64,000 nucleotides of DNA from Macrostomum lignano (lineage: Eukaryota), in assembly GCA_002269645.1 (NCBI GenBank), contig NIVC01001147.1, forward strand, positions 1 through 64,000, read 5' to 3'. Each line of letters begins with the position of its first letter. Positions within the stretch are counted from its first letter, which is position 1. The notes below the pieces were generated by a model, which was given only the letters and a program-made list of their open reading frames with translations, ran no database searches and had not been told where the DNA came from. Positions 47,761 through 61,035 of the stretch are shown here, piece after piece. The position numbers and the translations under genes are program-made.

Positions 47761-48138
47761 ATGTGCGCCTACTTGCATATAAACTTCATACTTCTGCTTT
47801 TGTGGCTATTCTATCCAACTATTACTGCACCGCCGCCAGTGCTCAAGGCAGCTTGCCTACGTTCGAAGCCCGACGTTGAGCCCTACGCCCAGACGCTTCT
47901 TGTTACAGATCGAATCCCGAGGAAGCTACCAAGCAGTCCCAGAGGTTGCCTGCAGCCTTCACCAGTCAAAAATGTTAAGTGCACGCTCGATTTTCAAGTT
48001 CCGGAAGTGTACGCAAAATTATCGGCTACTGATTCCAAGAGTTACTTGCTAGTGAAATCGACCGAGGATGCGATGCTGGGATTTCGTAAAATTTACTGTA
48101 ACGCGGAGGTTTATGTGTCCGGTTTTGATTTCGATTAG
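47761..48138 (+). CDS. Hypothetical secreted protein (125 aa)
   Basis: ATG-initiated non-repetitive ORF with a signal-peptide-like N-terminus (FILLLLWLFYPTITA) and 4 further Cys, in an otherwise AT-rich, stop-rich region. No family recognised. Confidence 0.4.
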   Translation: MCAYLHINFILLLLWLFYPTITAPPPVLKAACLRSKPDVEPYAQTLLVTDRIPRKLPSSPRGCLQPSPVKNVKCTLDFQVPEVYAKLSATDSKSYLLVKSTEDAMLGFRKIYCNAEVYVSGFDFD

Positions 48139-48924
48139 TAAACATTCTAACTTGGTAAAGACTTTTGCTTGAATCGCGTTTGAAAAACACTGACTTTTCT
48201 CAACTGATTATTGCCAGAAGTTAAATGCTTAAAAATTTGAAAATTTCAGGAGCTACATTTTTTGTACAGTAATGTTTTTTTTCGATAATTTTTTATGCAA
48301 AAGTTTATATGTTGTTTCTTTATTTGTTTTTTTACTATAAGTACACAATTTTAGTTTTGAATTCATGTAAATACATAATATAACAAATACAATAGAACAC
48401 CAATATTTTGCCTAAGACGTACATAAGTGAGAATAATGCTAAAATATTCTGTGGCTGCTTGCATATGCATGTTTAACTGTACTAATTTTGTGCACTAATA
48501 ACTTTTGCAGTTAATGACGCCATATGTAACCATATTTATAGCTTATTTCTAAATAAAAAGATTCGAGATATGGTATAGAAATTTTGTCACTATAACTTCT
48601 AGATCAGAGAAAATACTTGTTCAGAAAACTTCCTTTGAGTCTCCAGCAACAATAGGTGGTTTTATCAACGCAGTTTTGTATTTGGCAATATTCATCAGAT
48701 CCATAAATTTGCTATTTTAAATAATTGGAGAAATAGCGATATGTATGTTGCGTAGCTGTATGCAATTTATAAAAATCGCGATGATGTTTATCGCGATAAC
48801 AGTAATTTCCATTTGGGGGAGGAGATTTCACCTCGCTATCAATATATGTATTCATTATATGCATGAAATAATATTGATAACAACGTGGTAGTTATGTAAA
48901 TGTTATAATAACAGTAAATGTTAT

Positions 48925-49087
48925 TTAAAAAAATCTATCTCTCTTTTACTTTCTAAAGTGTCAAAAATTGAGATTCAAGCCTACAACTATTCTTTAACCT
49001 ATTCTGTCATATAAACTCTTTCTTAACTGGTGTTGTCCACTGAGATCGAATCCTATAGTTTATCCCATAGCGCAATACTCATTATTA
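48925..49087. repeat. ~163-bp direct repeat, copy 1
   Basis: Identical by eye to 50077-50240, apart from A-run length. Confidence 0.95.
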
Positions 49088-50076
49088 TTATGCTAAGCTG
49101 CATAAATACTTTTTTATTAAAATGAATTATTGAATGAATGCGGCCTGTAGCTGGCGTTGTAGTACGTTGGTAATCCTCGTCCGCGTATGGCGACAGTACC
49201 CAGTTACTTCCCCAAAATCGAATCGCATTTTAAGTGTGCATTGTTACGCTTATGCAGCTGTTCCCTTTCGACACCTTGCAATTAAATGTTGGTTCGTTAT
49301 TAATCGTTACAAAAAAACTGGCTAGGCCTATAGCTACGCTCGTAGTCGTATGTACTTTTAACGATTTAGCCATCCCATGTCCCAGACTAAAATTTTCCAA
49401 AACATATTTTTTCAATAAAATTCACACAGCAAGACTGAGAAGAATTATTTAACAAAAGTCACAAATTCATCTACATAAAGCTCCTATCGATTTGTTTTAA
49501 TTAAAAAGTTGCGTTCCTCCCGCAGTTTAACTTTTGCAAATGGAGCTGCTTTAAATATAAAAACATGCTAGCTAGAAGATCGCAGGTCGCTTCGTTCGTG
49601 GCTTCTGTGTCACTGCATAGCAGTTAGCTGGCAAAAAATAAATGCTTATTGTACACTGGTCCTGACTAATTTTACTCGTACATCAGACTCAAATGCTGCA
49701 CCTTGACTGTATCTGATAGCAACAGCTGTAACTTTCAAATGTAAGCTAGGCTATTATTTTCGTAGCTACCGTATCGACGAAATTTAATTTCGTAACAAAA
49801 GCTCCTGTTGAAGTGAAAAAAATAGCTTAAAACTTTGAACTGAAAAATATTAACCGTTTTCGTTCCATTAAAGGCTAGAAAACACTTTTTTGATACTATG
49901 TTTTAAAATAAAACTGAATTTTATAATATTATTACTTGTATTCAATGTTCAAGAAAACATTCCTAGTGTTTTTATTGTTCAAATTTTCCAAATGTATGCT
50001 ATTTCCAAGTGTATTTCTCTCATCTTTCTGTCTATCTTATATTTCTTATTTTTTAGAACCTAAATCATGCATTTTA

Positions 50077-50240
50077 TTAAAAAAAATCTATCTCTCTTTT
50101 ACTTTCTAAAGTGTCAAAAATTGAGATTCAAGCCTACAACTATTCTTTAACCTATTCTGTCATATAAACTCTTTCTTAACTGGTGTTGTCCACTGAGATC
50201 GAATCCTATAGTTTATCCCATAGCGCAATACTCATTATTA
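50077..50240. repeat. ~163-bp direct repeat, copy 2
   Basis: AAATCTATCTCTCTTTTACTTTCTAAAGTG...GCGCAATACTCATTATTA, 1153 bp downstream of copy 1. Confidence 0.95.
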
Positions 50241-50339
50241 ACCAGCCTGTTAGTATTATAATCATTTTAAATGGCGAAGATCTTATCAAGATTTACATTA
50301 GGAGCCCATTATAATTCCAGATTTTATAAAACTTGAAAC

Positions 50340-51769
50340 ATGTCCGGAGATGAGTCAAGCCCAATTGACCAAAGTGTCTCCAATGAAGAAAAGAATCTCC
50401 CGCCAACACTTCTACTGGAGAAGCAGCAAAACAATTCGCCACCAGCGACTTCTGAGACTGGTGAGCAGCAATTTCTCGCTGTGCATGTTGGTCCTGGAGA
50501 CGTCCCTACTGGGGGCCACACGACCCAAGCTGTGTACACTGTCAGCTACCGGACCAACCTGCCGCAGTTCGCCAGCTCCGAGGGCTCCATCAGGCGCCGT
50601 TTCGCCGACTTCGTCAGCCTGTGGTGCCGCCTGCACGACGGATTCGCCAAGTTCGGCGTCGTCCTGCCGGCTCGCCCGCCCGACCGGCCGCTGGCTGAGG
50701 CCGCCCGGGCTCGAATCTTCGGCGGCGGTGGCGGCGACTCGGGCGAAGCTTCGAACTCCTCCGTCCAGCAGTCAGTCAGCTTCGCCGATCGGCGCCGAGC
50801 CCGCCTGGCGCGCTTTTTGGCGCGCTGCGCCGACCATCCCGACCTGAGGAACAGCCGGGAGTTGCTCGACTTTCTCGAAGGACGGGACGGGCAACCCGCT
50901 GTGGCTTCGAGCGGCAGCGGCGGCGTCGGGGCCGTTCGAGCTCTGGCTGCCTCCATCGGCGACTCGGTGGCTGCGCTGGGGCTTCAAGGAGCTCTGGCTG
51001 CCGACGAGGAGCCCGATGAGGTAAGTGGGGAACTGCAGCTCCAAGCCTGGCTGAAGGCCTGACTTACTCGTAGCTGCAGGGGGCACCGACCAGCGGTTGC
51101 AGCAAGGAAGCGGAGGGGACCGCCTATTCCGCTAGCCCTTCGGGGAACCCGTCGGCCTCGGTCCTCCTCACCGGCGGTAGGGGAAGAACTCAGCTCGTCT
51201 TCGTGCCCCTGAGGTACCTAAGGTATGCTCTTCGCCTTAAACGTCTGGGGAGAACCAGGTTTGGCTCGAGGTGAGTGATCCTAGCCCTGTTGAAGACAGG
51301 GCAGTGGCAGATAGAGGTACCGGGTCCTGAAGAGGGCCATGCTGACTGCTCTAAGATCACTGCGGTTGAGCCTAAGGAGTGCTCTGCACAGGAGGGGCAG
51401 GGTTCCCCCGGATTCCCCGATTGCACGGAAGATAACACACCTCCAACCTTACCAGCCAGTTACTTGGCAGATCCTCACAGGCCCAGGTCCTCAAAAAAGC
51501 CATATGTTTCCCATTTTCTCATGTCTTGACAGATGAGAGTTTTATAAATACATGTACAAAAATTCTGTTAATTTGCGTAACTTTTTACTTTTAAGTAGCC
51601 AGGATTAGGCGACTTAAAATGTTCGAGCATTTCTCTTATAATTCTACCCACTCCCTCGCCGTCTCATCCGAATTCCCAAGTGGTTCGCCGACCACTACGA
51701 CGAGCTGGACGAAGCGGCCGGACGCCTCGGCCGCCTGCGCGCCTGTCTAGAATCCGTGGCCGGGCAGAG
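50340..51769 (+). CDS. Sorting nexin 1/2-like (PX domain plus start of BAR); 5' exons only
   Basis: Exon 50340-51020 (681 nt; VYTVSYRTNLPQF...RRRFADFVSLW...RRRARLARFLARCADHPDLRNSRELLDFLE) ends GAG|GTAAGT. Exon 51681-51769 (WFADHYDELDEAAGRLGRLRACLESVAGQ) aligns to SNX1 [27 protein letters not shown]. Confidence 0.82.
51060..51500 (-). mobile_element. LINE 3' fragment (CCHC knuckle plus 3' UTR) in SNX intron 1
   Basis: Minus frame has CPSC...ICHCPVFNRARITHL...LRYLRGTK. The 3' UTR (GGGCTAGCGGAAT...CCCCTGCAGCT) resembles that at 62520-62590. Confidence 0.55.
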
Positions 51770-52004
51770 GTTAGCCAGTCGGTGACGGGTTCTTCGGCCG
51801 ATTGTTGAAGAAATTGAATTGGTGCCAAATTTTGTTTGTTATTCTTTTCCAGTTGTAACGCTCTAAGATGGTGCTGCGTTGTTTAATTTAGGTTTGATCT
51901 CTTTTGACCTTTTTTGATACGGTTACATTGGTTTTTTTCAAGTGAACAGCAGCTGCGTCTTGACCCTTTGACCTGTTTGTACTTTCAACCTTTGAACTTT
52001 TCAT

Positions 52005-52470
52005 TCCTTTTCGGACCCAATCCTTTCTGACCCAATCCTTCCTGACCCAATCCTTCCTGACCCAATCCTTCTTGACCCAATCCTTCTTGACCCAATCCTT
52101 CCTGACCCAATCCTTCTTGACCCAATCCTTCCTGACCCAATCCTTCTTGACCCAATCCTTCCTGACCCAATCCTTCCTGACCCATTCCTTCCTGACCCAA
52201 TCCTTCTTGACCCAATCCTTCCTGACCCAATCCTTCTTGACCCAATCCTTCCTGACCCAATCCTTCTTGACCCAATCCTTCCTGACCCATTCCTTCCTGA
52301 CCCATTCCTTCCTGACCCAATCCTTCCTGACCCAATCCTTCCTGACGCAATCCTTCCTGACCCACTCCTTCCTGACCCACTCCTTCCTGACCCACTCCTT
52401 CCTGACCCATTCCTTCCAGACCCATTCGTTCCTGACCGATTCGTTCCTGACGCAATCCTTCCTGACCCAA
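52005..52470. repeat. 15-bp minisatellite
   Basis: GACCCAATCCTTCCT units. Confidence 0.97.
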
Positions 52471-53091
52471 TCATTTTATGCTGACAAAATTTTCACTACA
52501 ATCTCAGAATAGTCACTGTATAATTTTTGTTAATTGCAGTTTTATTTTTTAATTTCGTTTTATTTACAGATTTTCTACAAGTAATAGTAACAGACGGACA
52601 GAGACATGCTGTTTCATCAATATTCCCGAATATTTCCGAACACTCAAAGTTGACTTGCGTGCGCCTAGTGAATTCAGGAACCTTCTCCATCTGCGATGCA
52701 GTGTTTGCCTGGCAGATGCGAGTGCCCTGGGGCGGTGACAGAATGTCTCGGTTTTCCCTGTCTGTGTTTTTTTAATTCCCACGTATATTATTTGTTATTC
52801 AAAAGTCTCTCCACAATATTATCTACGACGTATTATTAATATCGCTACTGTTGTTTTGTTACATTTATTCAAAATTAACGCTCAGACACTTTTTCTATAG
52901 CATGATGCTTCTTGGATTGAGACATATAGCAGCTATTCAAATTTACCACTTTCGTTATGGACAATATTATTTAAAATTATAGTATTCTTTTAATATGACC
53001 GTAACGAGGTTATATTGAGAATAATTTAAATCTTACAAGACTATATCTATTGCAGCCCTAAATAACTCCGTGATTTTATATTTCACCCTCC

Positions 53092-54120
53092 CAGCTGCTT
53101 CTCCGCCCTCCCAGATCTTCAGTTGCTGGTCCGCCCTCCCAGATCCTCAGCTGCTGGGCCAGCCTCCCAGATCTTCAGCTGCTGGTCCGCCCTCCCAGAT
53201 CCTCAGTTGCTGGTCCGCCCTCCCAGATCCTCAGCTGCTGGGCCAGCCTCCCAGATCCTCAGCTGCTGGGCCACCCTCCCAGATCCTCAGCTGCTGGTCC
53301 GCCCTCCCAGATCCTCAGCTGCTGGGCCACCGCAGCCCTCCCAGATCCTCAGCTGCTGGGCCACCGCAGCCCTCCCAGATCCTCAGCTGCTGGGCCACCG
53401 CAGCCCTCCCAGATCCTCAGCTGCTGGTCCGCCCTCCAAGATCCTCAGTTGCTGGTCCGCCCTCCCAGATCCTCAGCTGCTGGGCCAGCCTCCCAGATCT
53501 TCAGCTACTGGTCCGCCCTCCCAGATCCTCAGCTGCTGGGCCACCGCAGCCCTCCCAGATCCTCAGCTGCTGGTCCGCCCTCCCAGATCCTCAGCTGCTG
53601 GGCCACCGCAGCCCTCCCAGATCCTCAGCTGCTGGGCCACCGCAGCCCTCCCAGATCCTCAGCTGCTGGTCCGCCCTCCCAGATCCTCAGTTGCTGGGCC
53701 ACCGCAGCCCTCCCAGATCCTCAGCTGCTGGTCCGCCCTCCCAGATCCTCAGCTGCTGGGCCACCGCAGCCCTCCCAGATCCTCAGCTGCTGGGCCACCC
53801 TCCCAGATCCTCAGCTGCTGGGCCACCGCAGCCCTCCCAGATCCTCAGCTGCTGGTCCGCCCTCCCAGATCCTCAGCTGCTGGGCCACCGCAGCCCTCCC
53901 AGATCCTCAGCTGCTGGTCCGCCCTCCCAGATCCTCAGCTGCTGGGCCAGCCTCCCAGATTTTCAGTTGCTGGGCCAGCCTCCCAGATCCTCAGCTGCTG
54001 GTCCGTCCTCCAAGATCCTCAGCTGCTGGGCCACCCTCTCAGATCTTCAGCTGCTGGGCCACCGCAGCCCTCCCAGATCCTCAGCTGCTGGGCCACCGCA
54101 GCCCTCCCAGATCCTCTGTT
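53092..54120. repeat. 28/34-bp minisatellite, same family as in Tec intron 1
   Basis: CCCTCCCAGATCCTCAGCTGCTGGTCCG and CCCTCCCAGATCCTCAGCTGCTGGGCCACCGCAG units. Confidence 0.96.
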
Positions 54121-55214
54121 GTTGGGTCACCACAACGCTCCTACAAACTGCAAACGAGTCTAAAAACTCAAAGTCCCTAGGAAACCCTTGAGAACTTGAC
54201 AATTGACAGGTAAGTTTTGAACTGTCTGTGCATAGCTGGTCCAATCTGCCAAATGAGCACGGGAGTTCTTGGAAAAGGCACGATTGGCTGGCCATTGAAG
54301 CGCGTTCTTCAACTCTGCTTCATTTGTTTCATTGATTTCTTTGGAAAGACAATTGTTAAGAAGGCCGACTCCGAGGCCCCTAGATACTTGGGTTCGTTGA
54401 TAAATGTTCTTTTTATGTTTTTCTGCAACCATCCTTTATATACTTTCTACAGTATAAAACTGGGCTACTCATGTTTAGTGCAAAAGACTTCGAGCACTGC
54501 ACCTGTACAATGTCACTCTGTTCCAGATGGTCATTAGTTCGTCTTCGGCTCACCCAGCTAAAGAAAAGGGAAGTCTGATGTCGTTCTTAATAACAAGCCT
54601 TTAATAAGGATTCCCAATGAACAGACTGGGGCTATTGGAGGAATGTACTTTTTCTCTCGAAAATGGCGAAAAATATTCTTTAAAAAATGAAGTATTTACT
54701 ATGACAGATTTTTTAGAACTGCGACATGAATCGAGAGACATAAAATCGTTAACTACGAGTATTTCGATGGCCAAGTCTCCTGTGAAAACAAATTTATTTA
54801 CTTCCTTAAATATCTAAACTCATCCCAGATTATGGCATTTGAGCTTGCCAGTAAATATTGCACATTGATTAACCTTGCAGAGATCCTATTTCTAAATCGT
54901 GAAACACGAGTGTACGAACAAGTGCCTGAAACAGTACACCAACTGTTCAATGTTGATTGACCAGATCTTGTGGTCAGTAGCTTGTATTACCAAACGTAAC
55001 TGGCCTTGGTCAGGATTTCTGCTGTTAAATGTGCAGAACGCGACTTGGTGCGTTGCAATTAAAGTACAAAGCATCACAACAACAGATAAGGGCGCATATT
55101 TGCAATGTAACTTCAGATTTTACATGTATAGGAGAGTTCCCAGCCTTAACAAACCTACTAAAGAGGGTCTGTCGTCAAGTTTAGTTTAGTCATGCACTTG
55201 TTGCAGCCTATTCC

Positions 55215-55858
55215 AGCTCACTGGGGACCTCTGTAGTTTGCCCCCTCTGTTGCTGACACCCAACTGTAGCTGGTCCCGTGTCCCCTCTGTGACTGGCGCC
55301 CCTCTGTTGCTGACACCCAACTGTAGCTGGTCCAGAATCCCTCTGTGACTGGCGCCCCTCTGTTGCTGACACCTAACTGTAGCTGGTCCCGTGTCCCCTC
55401 TGTGACTGGCGCCCCTCTGTTGCTGACACCCAACTGTAGCTGGTCCAGAATCCCTCTGTGACTGGCGCCCCTCTGTTGCTGACACCCAACTGTAGCTGGT
55501 CCCGTGTCCCCTCTGTAGTTTGCCCCCTCTGTTGCTGACACCCAACTGTAGCTGGTCCAGAATCCCTCTGTGACTGACGCCCCTCTGTTGCTGACACCTA
55601 ACTGTAGCTGGTCCCGTGTCCCCTCTGTGACTGGCGCCCCTCTGTTGCTGACACCCAACTGTAGCTGGTCCAGAATCCCTCTGTGACTGGCGCCCCTCTG
55701 TTGCTGACACCCAACTGTAGCTGGTCCCGTGTCCCCTCTGTAGTTTGCCCCCTCTGTTGCTGACACCCAACTGTAGCTGGTCCCGAATCCCTCTGTGACT
55801 GGCGCCCCTCTGTTGCTGACACCTAACTGTAGCTGGTCCCGTGTCCCCTCTGTGACTT
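55215..55858. repeat. 56-57-bp satellite with a 225-bp higher-order repeat
   Basis: The variant ACCTAACT recurs at 55371, 55596 and 55821; the identical 74-aa ORFs 55373-55597 and 55598-55822 reflect the same period. Confidence 0.93.
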
Positions 55859-55949
55859 CGTCTTCCTGCTGTAGCTGTAGCTCCTTTTGCGGATATTCCG
55901 GGGAGTTGGGAAATTTCCGAGTGGCAAATTCCCTAAAGTTTGACGGTCC

Positions 55950-56627
55950 TCAGACTGTGGTGCTGGACGCCGCTGCCGGAGCATCATTCACTAGCCGCAT
56001 CTCGGCCATGGACACATGAGCTCTGCTGCCGAAACCGCTGACGCTGTTGGTCCCGCCGCCACCGCCACCGCCGTTGCCGCCAGCTCGACAGCAGCGAGAG
56101 AAGCCGCGGGCAGTCAGCACCAGCTGCTGCCAGACGGCTCTGTTGGACAGCGCGTACAGGCAGAGAATCACGGTGGAGTTGAAGTTGCACAGCAGCTGTC
56201 CAGCGTCGAGGGCCATGCTCAGCTCGTCGCCGCGGTAGGCCGGAAAAGCTATTTGGATCAGCCCGGCAGCGGCGTAGGGCACCTCCAATGCGACGAAGGT
56301 GCCGCAGGTGAGCAGCAGAGTCCGGCGGGCGCGGGCGTAGCGACTCACGGCGAAGCTGGAGCGTTTGAGTCCGCGAAGCGACAGGCAGGTGCCAAGCAGT
56401 ACGATAACCATGGGCAGCAGGCAGACCAGTACAAAGTGGCTGGCCTTTAGAATGGCGTTTAGCTCGTAACCGCCGCAGCTGAAATCCGGACCCAATTCCG
56501 TTGTCTGGAAAAGCATGAAAAGGTTGATGAGGAGCCCCGTGAATCCCTGAGCACACGCAATCACTGCGGCAGTAACCATGAATTGGTTGCGTGCAAGAAT
56601 ATACTCGTAACTTTTCCACAGGCCAAA
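55950..56627 (-). CDS. Class A (rhodopsin-like, peptide-receptor-type) GPCR, TM4-TM7 and C-tail; partial
   Basis: Hydrophobic helices: FVLVCLLPMVIVLLGTCLSL (TM5), RRTLLLTCGTFVALEVPYA (TM6, FxxxExP), LLCNFNSTVILCLYALSN (TM7, N-S-x-N-x-x-x-Y-like). The frame is open upstream only to TGA at 56628-56630. Confidence 0.65.
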   Translation of the reverse strand, partial: FGLWKSYEYILARNQFMVTAAVIACAQGFTGLLINLFMLFQTTELGPDFSCGGYELNAILKASHFVLVCLLPMVIVLLGTCLSLRGLKRSSFAVSRYARARRTLLLTCGTFVALEVPYAAAGLIQIAFPAYRGDELSMALDAGQLLCNFNSTVILCLYALSNRAVWQQLVLTARGFSRCCRAGGNGGGGGGGTNSVSGFGSRAHVSMAEMRLVNDAPAAASSTTV

Positions 56628-56999
56628 TCAATTAATAAAGCATGAAATTCGGAATATTATTTTACATGCGTGCGAGACAGAACAGATTCTGTCCGTTCAA
56701 GTTCTCGACTCCGACAACACTAGCCATCAGTCAGTGTGAGCAGCGCATCATCTCAAGTTCGAGTTCAAGCTGGTATTACGCCGTCAGATCATGCAGCTCC
56801 AGTGCGAGAGGTTGCCATAGGCCTTATTTCGTCCACCACCAAGACCCTGACGATAGAGGGATATCGTCAAGACAGACATCAAGACAGTCCTGTTCATAGA
56901 GGTGACTCCTACCACGTTGGATGGATCTGATGGCTGGGCCAGAGACTCCTATCTCCTACTTCGAGTTATCAGAGACACTTTGTTTCCTGGTTCAGGCGA

Positions 57000-57203
57000 C
57001 AAAATAGTCTGCGCGCTTGTGTCACTACCGTCAAAATAGTCTGCGCGCTCGTGTCACTACTGTCAAAATTGTCTGCGCGCTTGTGTCACTACCGTCAAAA
57101 AAGTCTGCGCGCTTGTGTCACTACCGTCAAAAAAGTCTGCGCGCTTGTGTCACTACCGTCAAAAAAGTCTGCGCGCTTGTGTCACTGCCGTCAAAATAGT
57201 CTG
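57000..57203. repeat. 32-bp minisatellite
   Basis: AAAATAGTCTGCGCGCTTGTGTCACTACCGTC, about 6 units. Confidence 0.93.
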
Positions 57204-57767
57204 CCGCTATAATTCAACCCTCTCTATAACGCTGCTTTCTAAAGACCCCGACAGTGTGTTTTCTTAGTGTTGTTGTTGTTGTTTTGCAGCAAATTTTCCA
57301 TTATTCGAATTCTGCATAATAAGTTCAGACGCAAGAAGATTACTTTAACGCAATGCCTTATATGCAAAGCTTTCTCCTCTTTTCCAGGAATCGAGAGTGC
57401 TATAGGCTGTTCCAAGTCCTAGTGGTTCTTGGCTAACGTACACCTAAGAATGCAAATGCAGACACAGGCTCGCGCAGGTGTAAAAAGTCGACTTAAAATT
57501 AAAAAATTTGCTATTTTAGGAGATGCTTATGAATCACCAAAAAAGGAGACAGTACTTTTGCTATTCGGCTTCCAGCATTTTTAAAATAAATTCAATAAGC
57601 GTAGATTATTTTTTAATGAATTTTTAATGCTCTATATGCATATTGATTGCCGTGAAGGCGAGGTCTATTCCATTCTTTTGAAATGCATTTTTAGCGAAAT
57701 TATGCATTCCAAATAAATTCTATCAGACGCGAGTGTGACACTCTCGTCAAAATAATAGCTGCTGGAG

Positions 57768-57875
57768 GGCTGGGGGGTCGCCACACACAGCCTCAATTAC
57801 TCCGAGTTGGTCGAGAATCGAACCCCCGACCTTCAAGTCGTGAGTCCGACGCTCTAACCACTGGGCTACAACCCC
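57768..57875 (-). mobile_element. tRNA-derived SINE, family B, internally deleted copy
   Basis: Shares CTGGGGGGTCGCCACACACAGCCTCAATTAC and the tRNA head (TCGAGAATCGAACCCC...GCTCTAACCACTGGGCTAC) with 38023-38213 but lacks the central CORE-like part. Confidence 0.75.
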
Positions 57876-58516
57876 CCCCCCCCAAGAAGACTGCGAAGAC
57901 TCAACATCAGGCATGCACATTATCTGTACCTTGAGGGGGGGCGATATTTTATTGCACAAGCCTCAAATGAATGTGAAGTCAAACCAATTTCCGAATCTCC
58001 TTTAGAGGAGCAAAGGCTCTCAAATAAGAAAGAGACAAAATAAGCCTACTATTAAATCGTAGTCTCTTTTTGTCCATCCAATTTATGTTTAATAAACACT
58101 AACGCACAGGGACCGCTCTTGCAGATAATATAAAATCTTGCTTAGAATAATCAAAAGGCCAAGGTCTTTCCAGATTCCCTCTTTGATCTGCCGCCTATTC
58201 ACTGACAGGGATGATTCTTACAAAGAAGCCATGCAAGCAAAGCTGGTTTTGTACAACATTGTAGGCTGAAGAAAGATGGGCTGACGATATCAGAATTCGT
58301 TCAGTGGCGTGTATGTTTGAGCTCTCATTAGGAACTGTACGAGGCTTAACTAGCCATGCATGCGATGAAGGTTTGCGTTTACTTTGGATATAATATTCCT
58401 GTGCTGTGCTTGTCTGCCCGTTTGCGTGCTTGTTTGGGTTGGACACTGGAACAGCACCCAGCAGTTCTAAGGACTGCAACTGTGAGTTCAATGAGGGTAT
58501 GGTGACTTTGATCAGC

Positions 58517-60058
<1,542 letters not shown>

Positions 60059-60597
60059 ATAGATTTGCAACTCGCTTTTAATAGCATAAGCATTAATTGC
60101 TTGAATTCTATCTACATCGAGAGCATATCGTGCACTTCTCAGCCCGTCTGAAATTGATGACTTCACTTGTCTCTCCTCTCAGGGAAAAATCGTCACTTTC
60201 TCTCTCTCATTTTATTCGCTCTCTACTTTACTCGCCTGTCAATCTATTGCACCTACATGTGAATATGACTGGTTCAGAGGCAGACACTAAAAGCGGGGCA
60301 AATGCTGCACCTACACATTGTAATTTGCAACCCCGTTTGTTTAATTGGAGAAATATGTAGCTAGAAAGCAATTAGAAGGAACTTCCTTGCTTTGAAAAAA
60401 ATAATATAGAAAAATTGCTGCCTTGCGAATTGTTGCTGATCAGTCATCCCCTGCGCTCATCCTTCACAACCATGGACAGCTACAGTAAGGTAGAAAGACG
60501 TTAGCGATCGAAAATCGTGAGAACTTCACCTGCATTTGCTGTTGGCCTTCAGCGAATTTTTGTAGTGTAGGGTCCTTCCAAAAGCTACAAGGCCAAT

Positions 60598-60948
60598 AGC
60601 AATAACAACAACAACAGCAACAAAGACAACAAAAATAACAACAACAACAGCAACAAAGACAACAGAAATAACAACAACAACAGCAACAAAGACAACAGAA
60701 ATAACAACAACAACTGCAACAAAGACAACAGAAATAACAACAACAACAGCAACAAAGACAACAGAAATAACAACAACAACAGCAACAAAGACAACAAAAA
60801 TAACAACAACAACAGCTACAAAGACAACAGAAATAATAAAAACAACAATGAAGATGACGATAACAATGACAATGATAACAGCAACAACAACGACAACAAC
60901 GACAAAAACAACAATAACAACAGCAAAAACAAAAATAATCACAACAGT

Positions 60949-60995
<47 letters not shown>

Positions 60996-61035
60996 AGATG
61001 ACAATAACAACGGCAATAACAACAACAATCGCAAC
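60598..61035. repeat. (AAC)n-derived microsatellite / 30-bp compound repeat
   Basis: AACAGCAACAAAGACAACAGAAATAACAAC units grading into (AAC)n. Confidence 0.95.

Noticed and set aside
51985-52512. GQEGL pentapeptide ORF resembling collagen-like or pentapeptide-repeat proteins
   Set aside because: A 15-bp repeat open in several frames; no Gly-X-Y triplet period or flanking domain.
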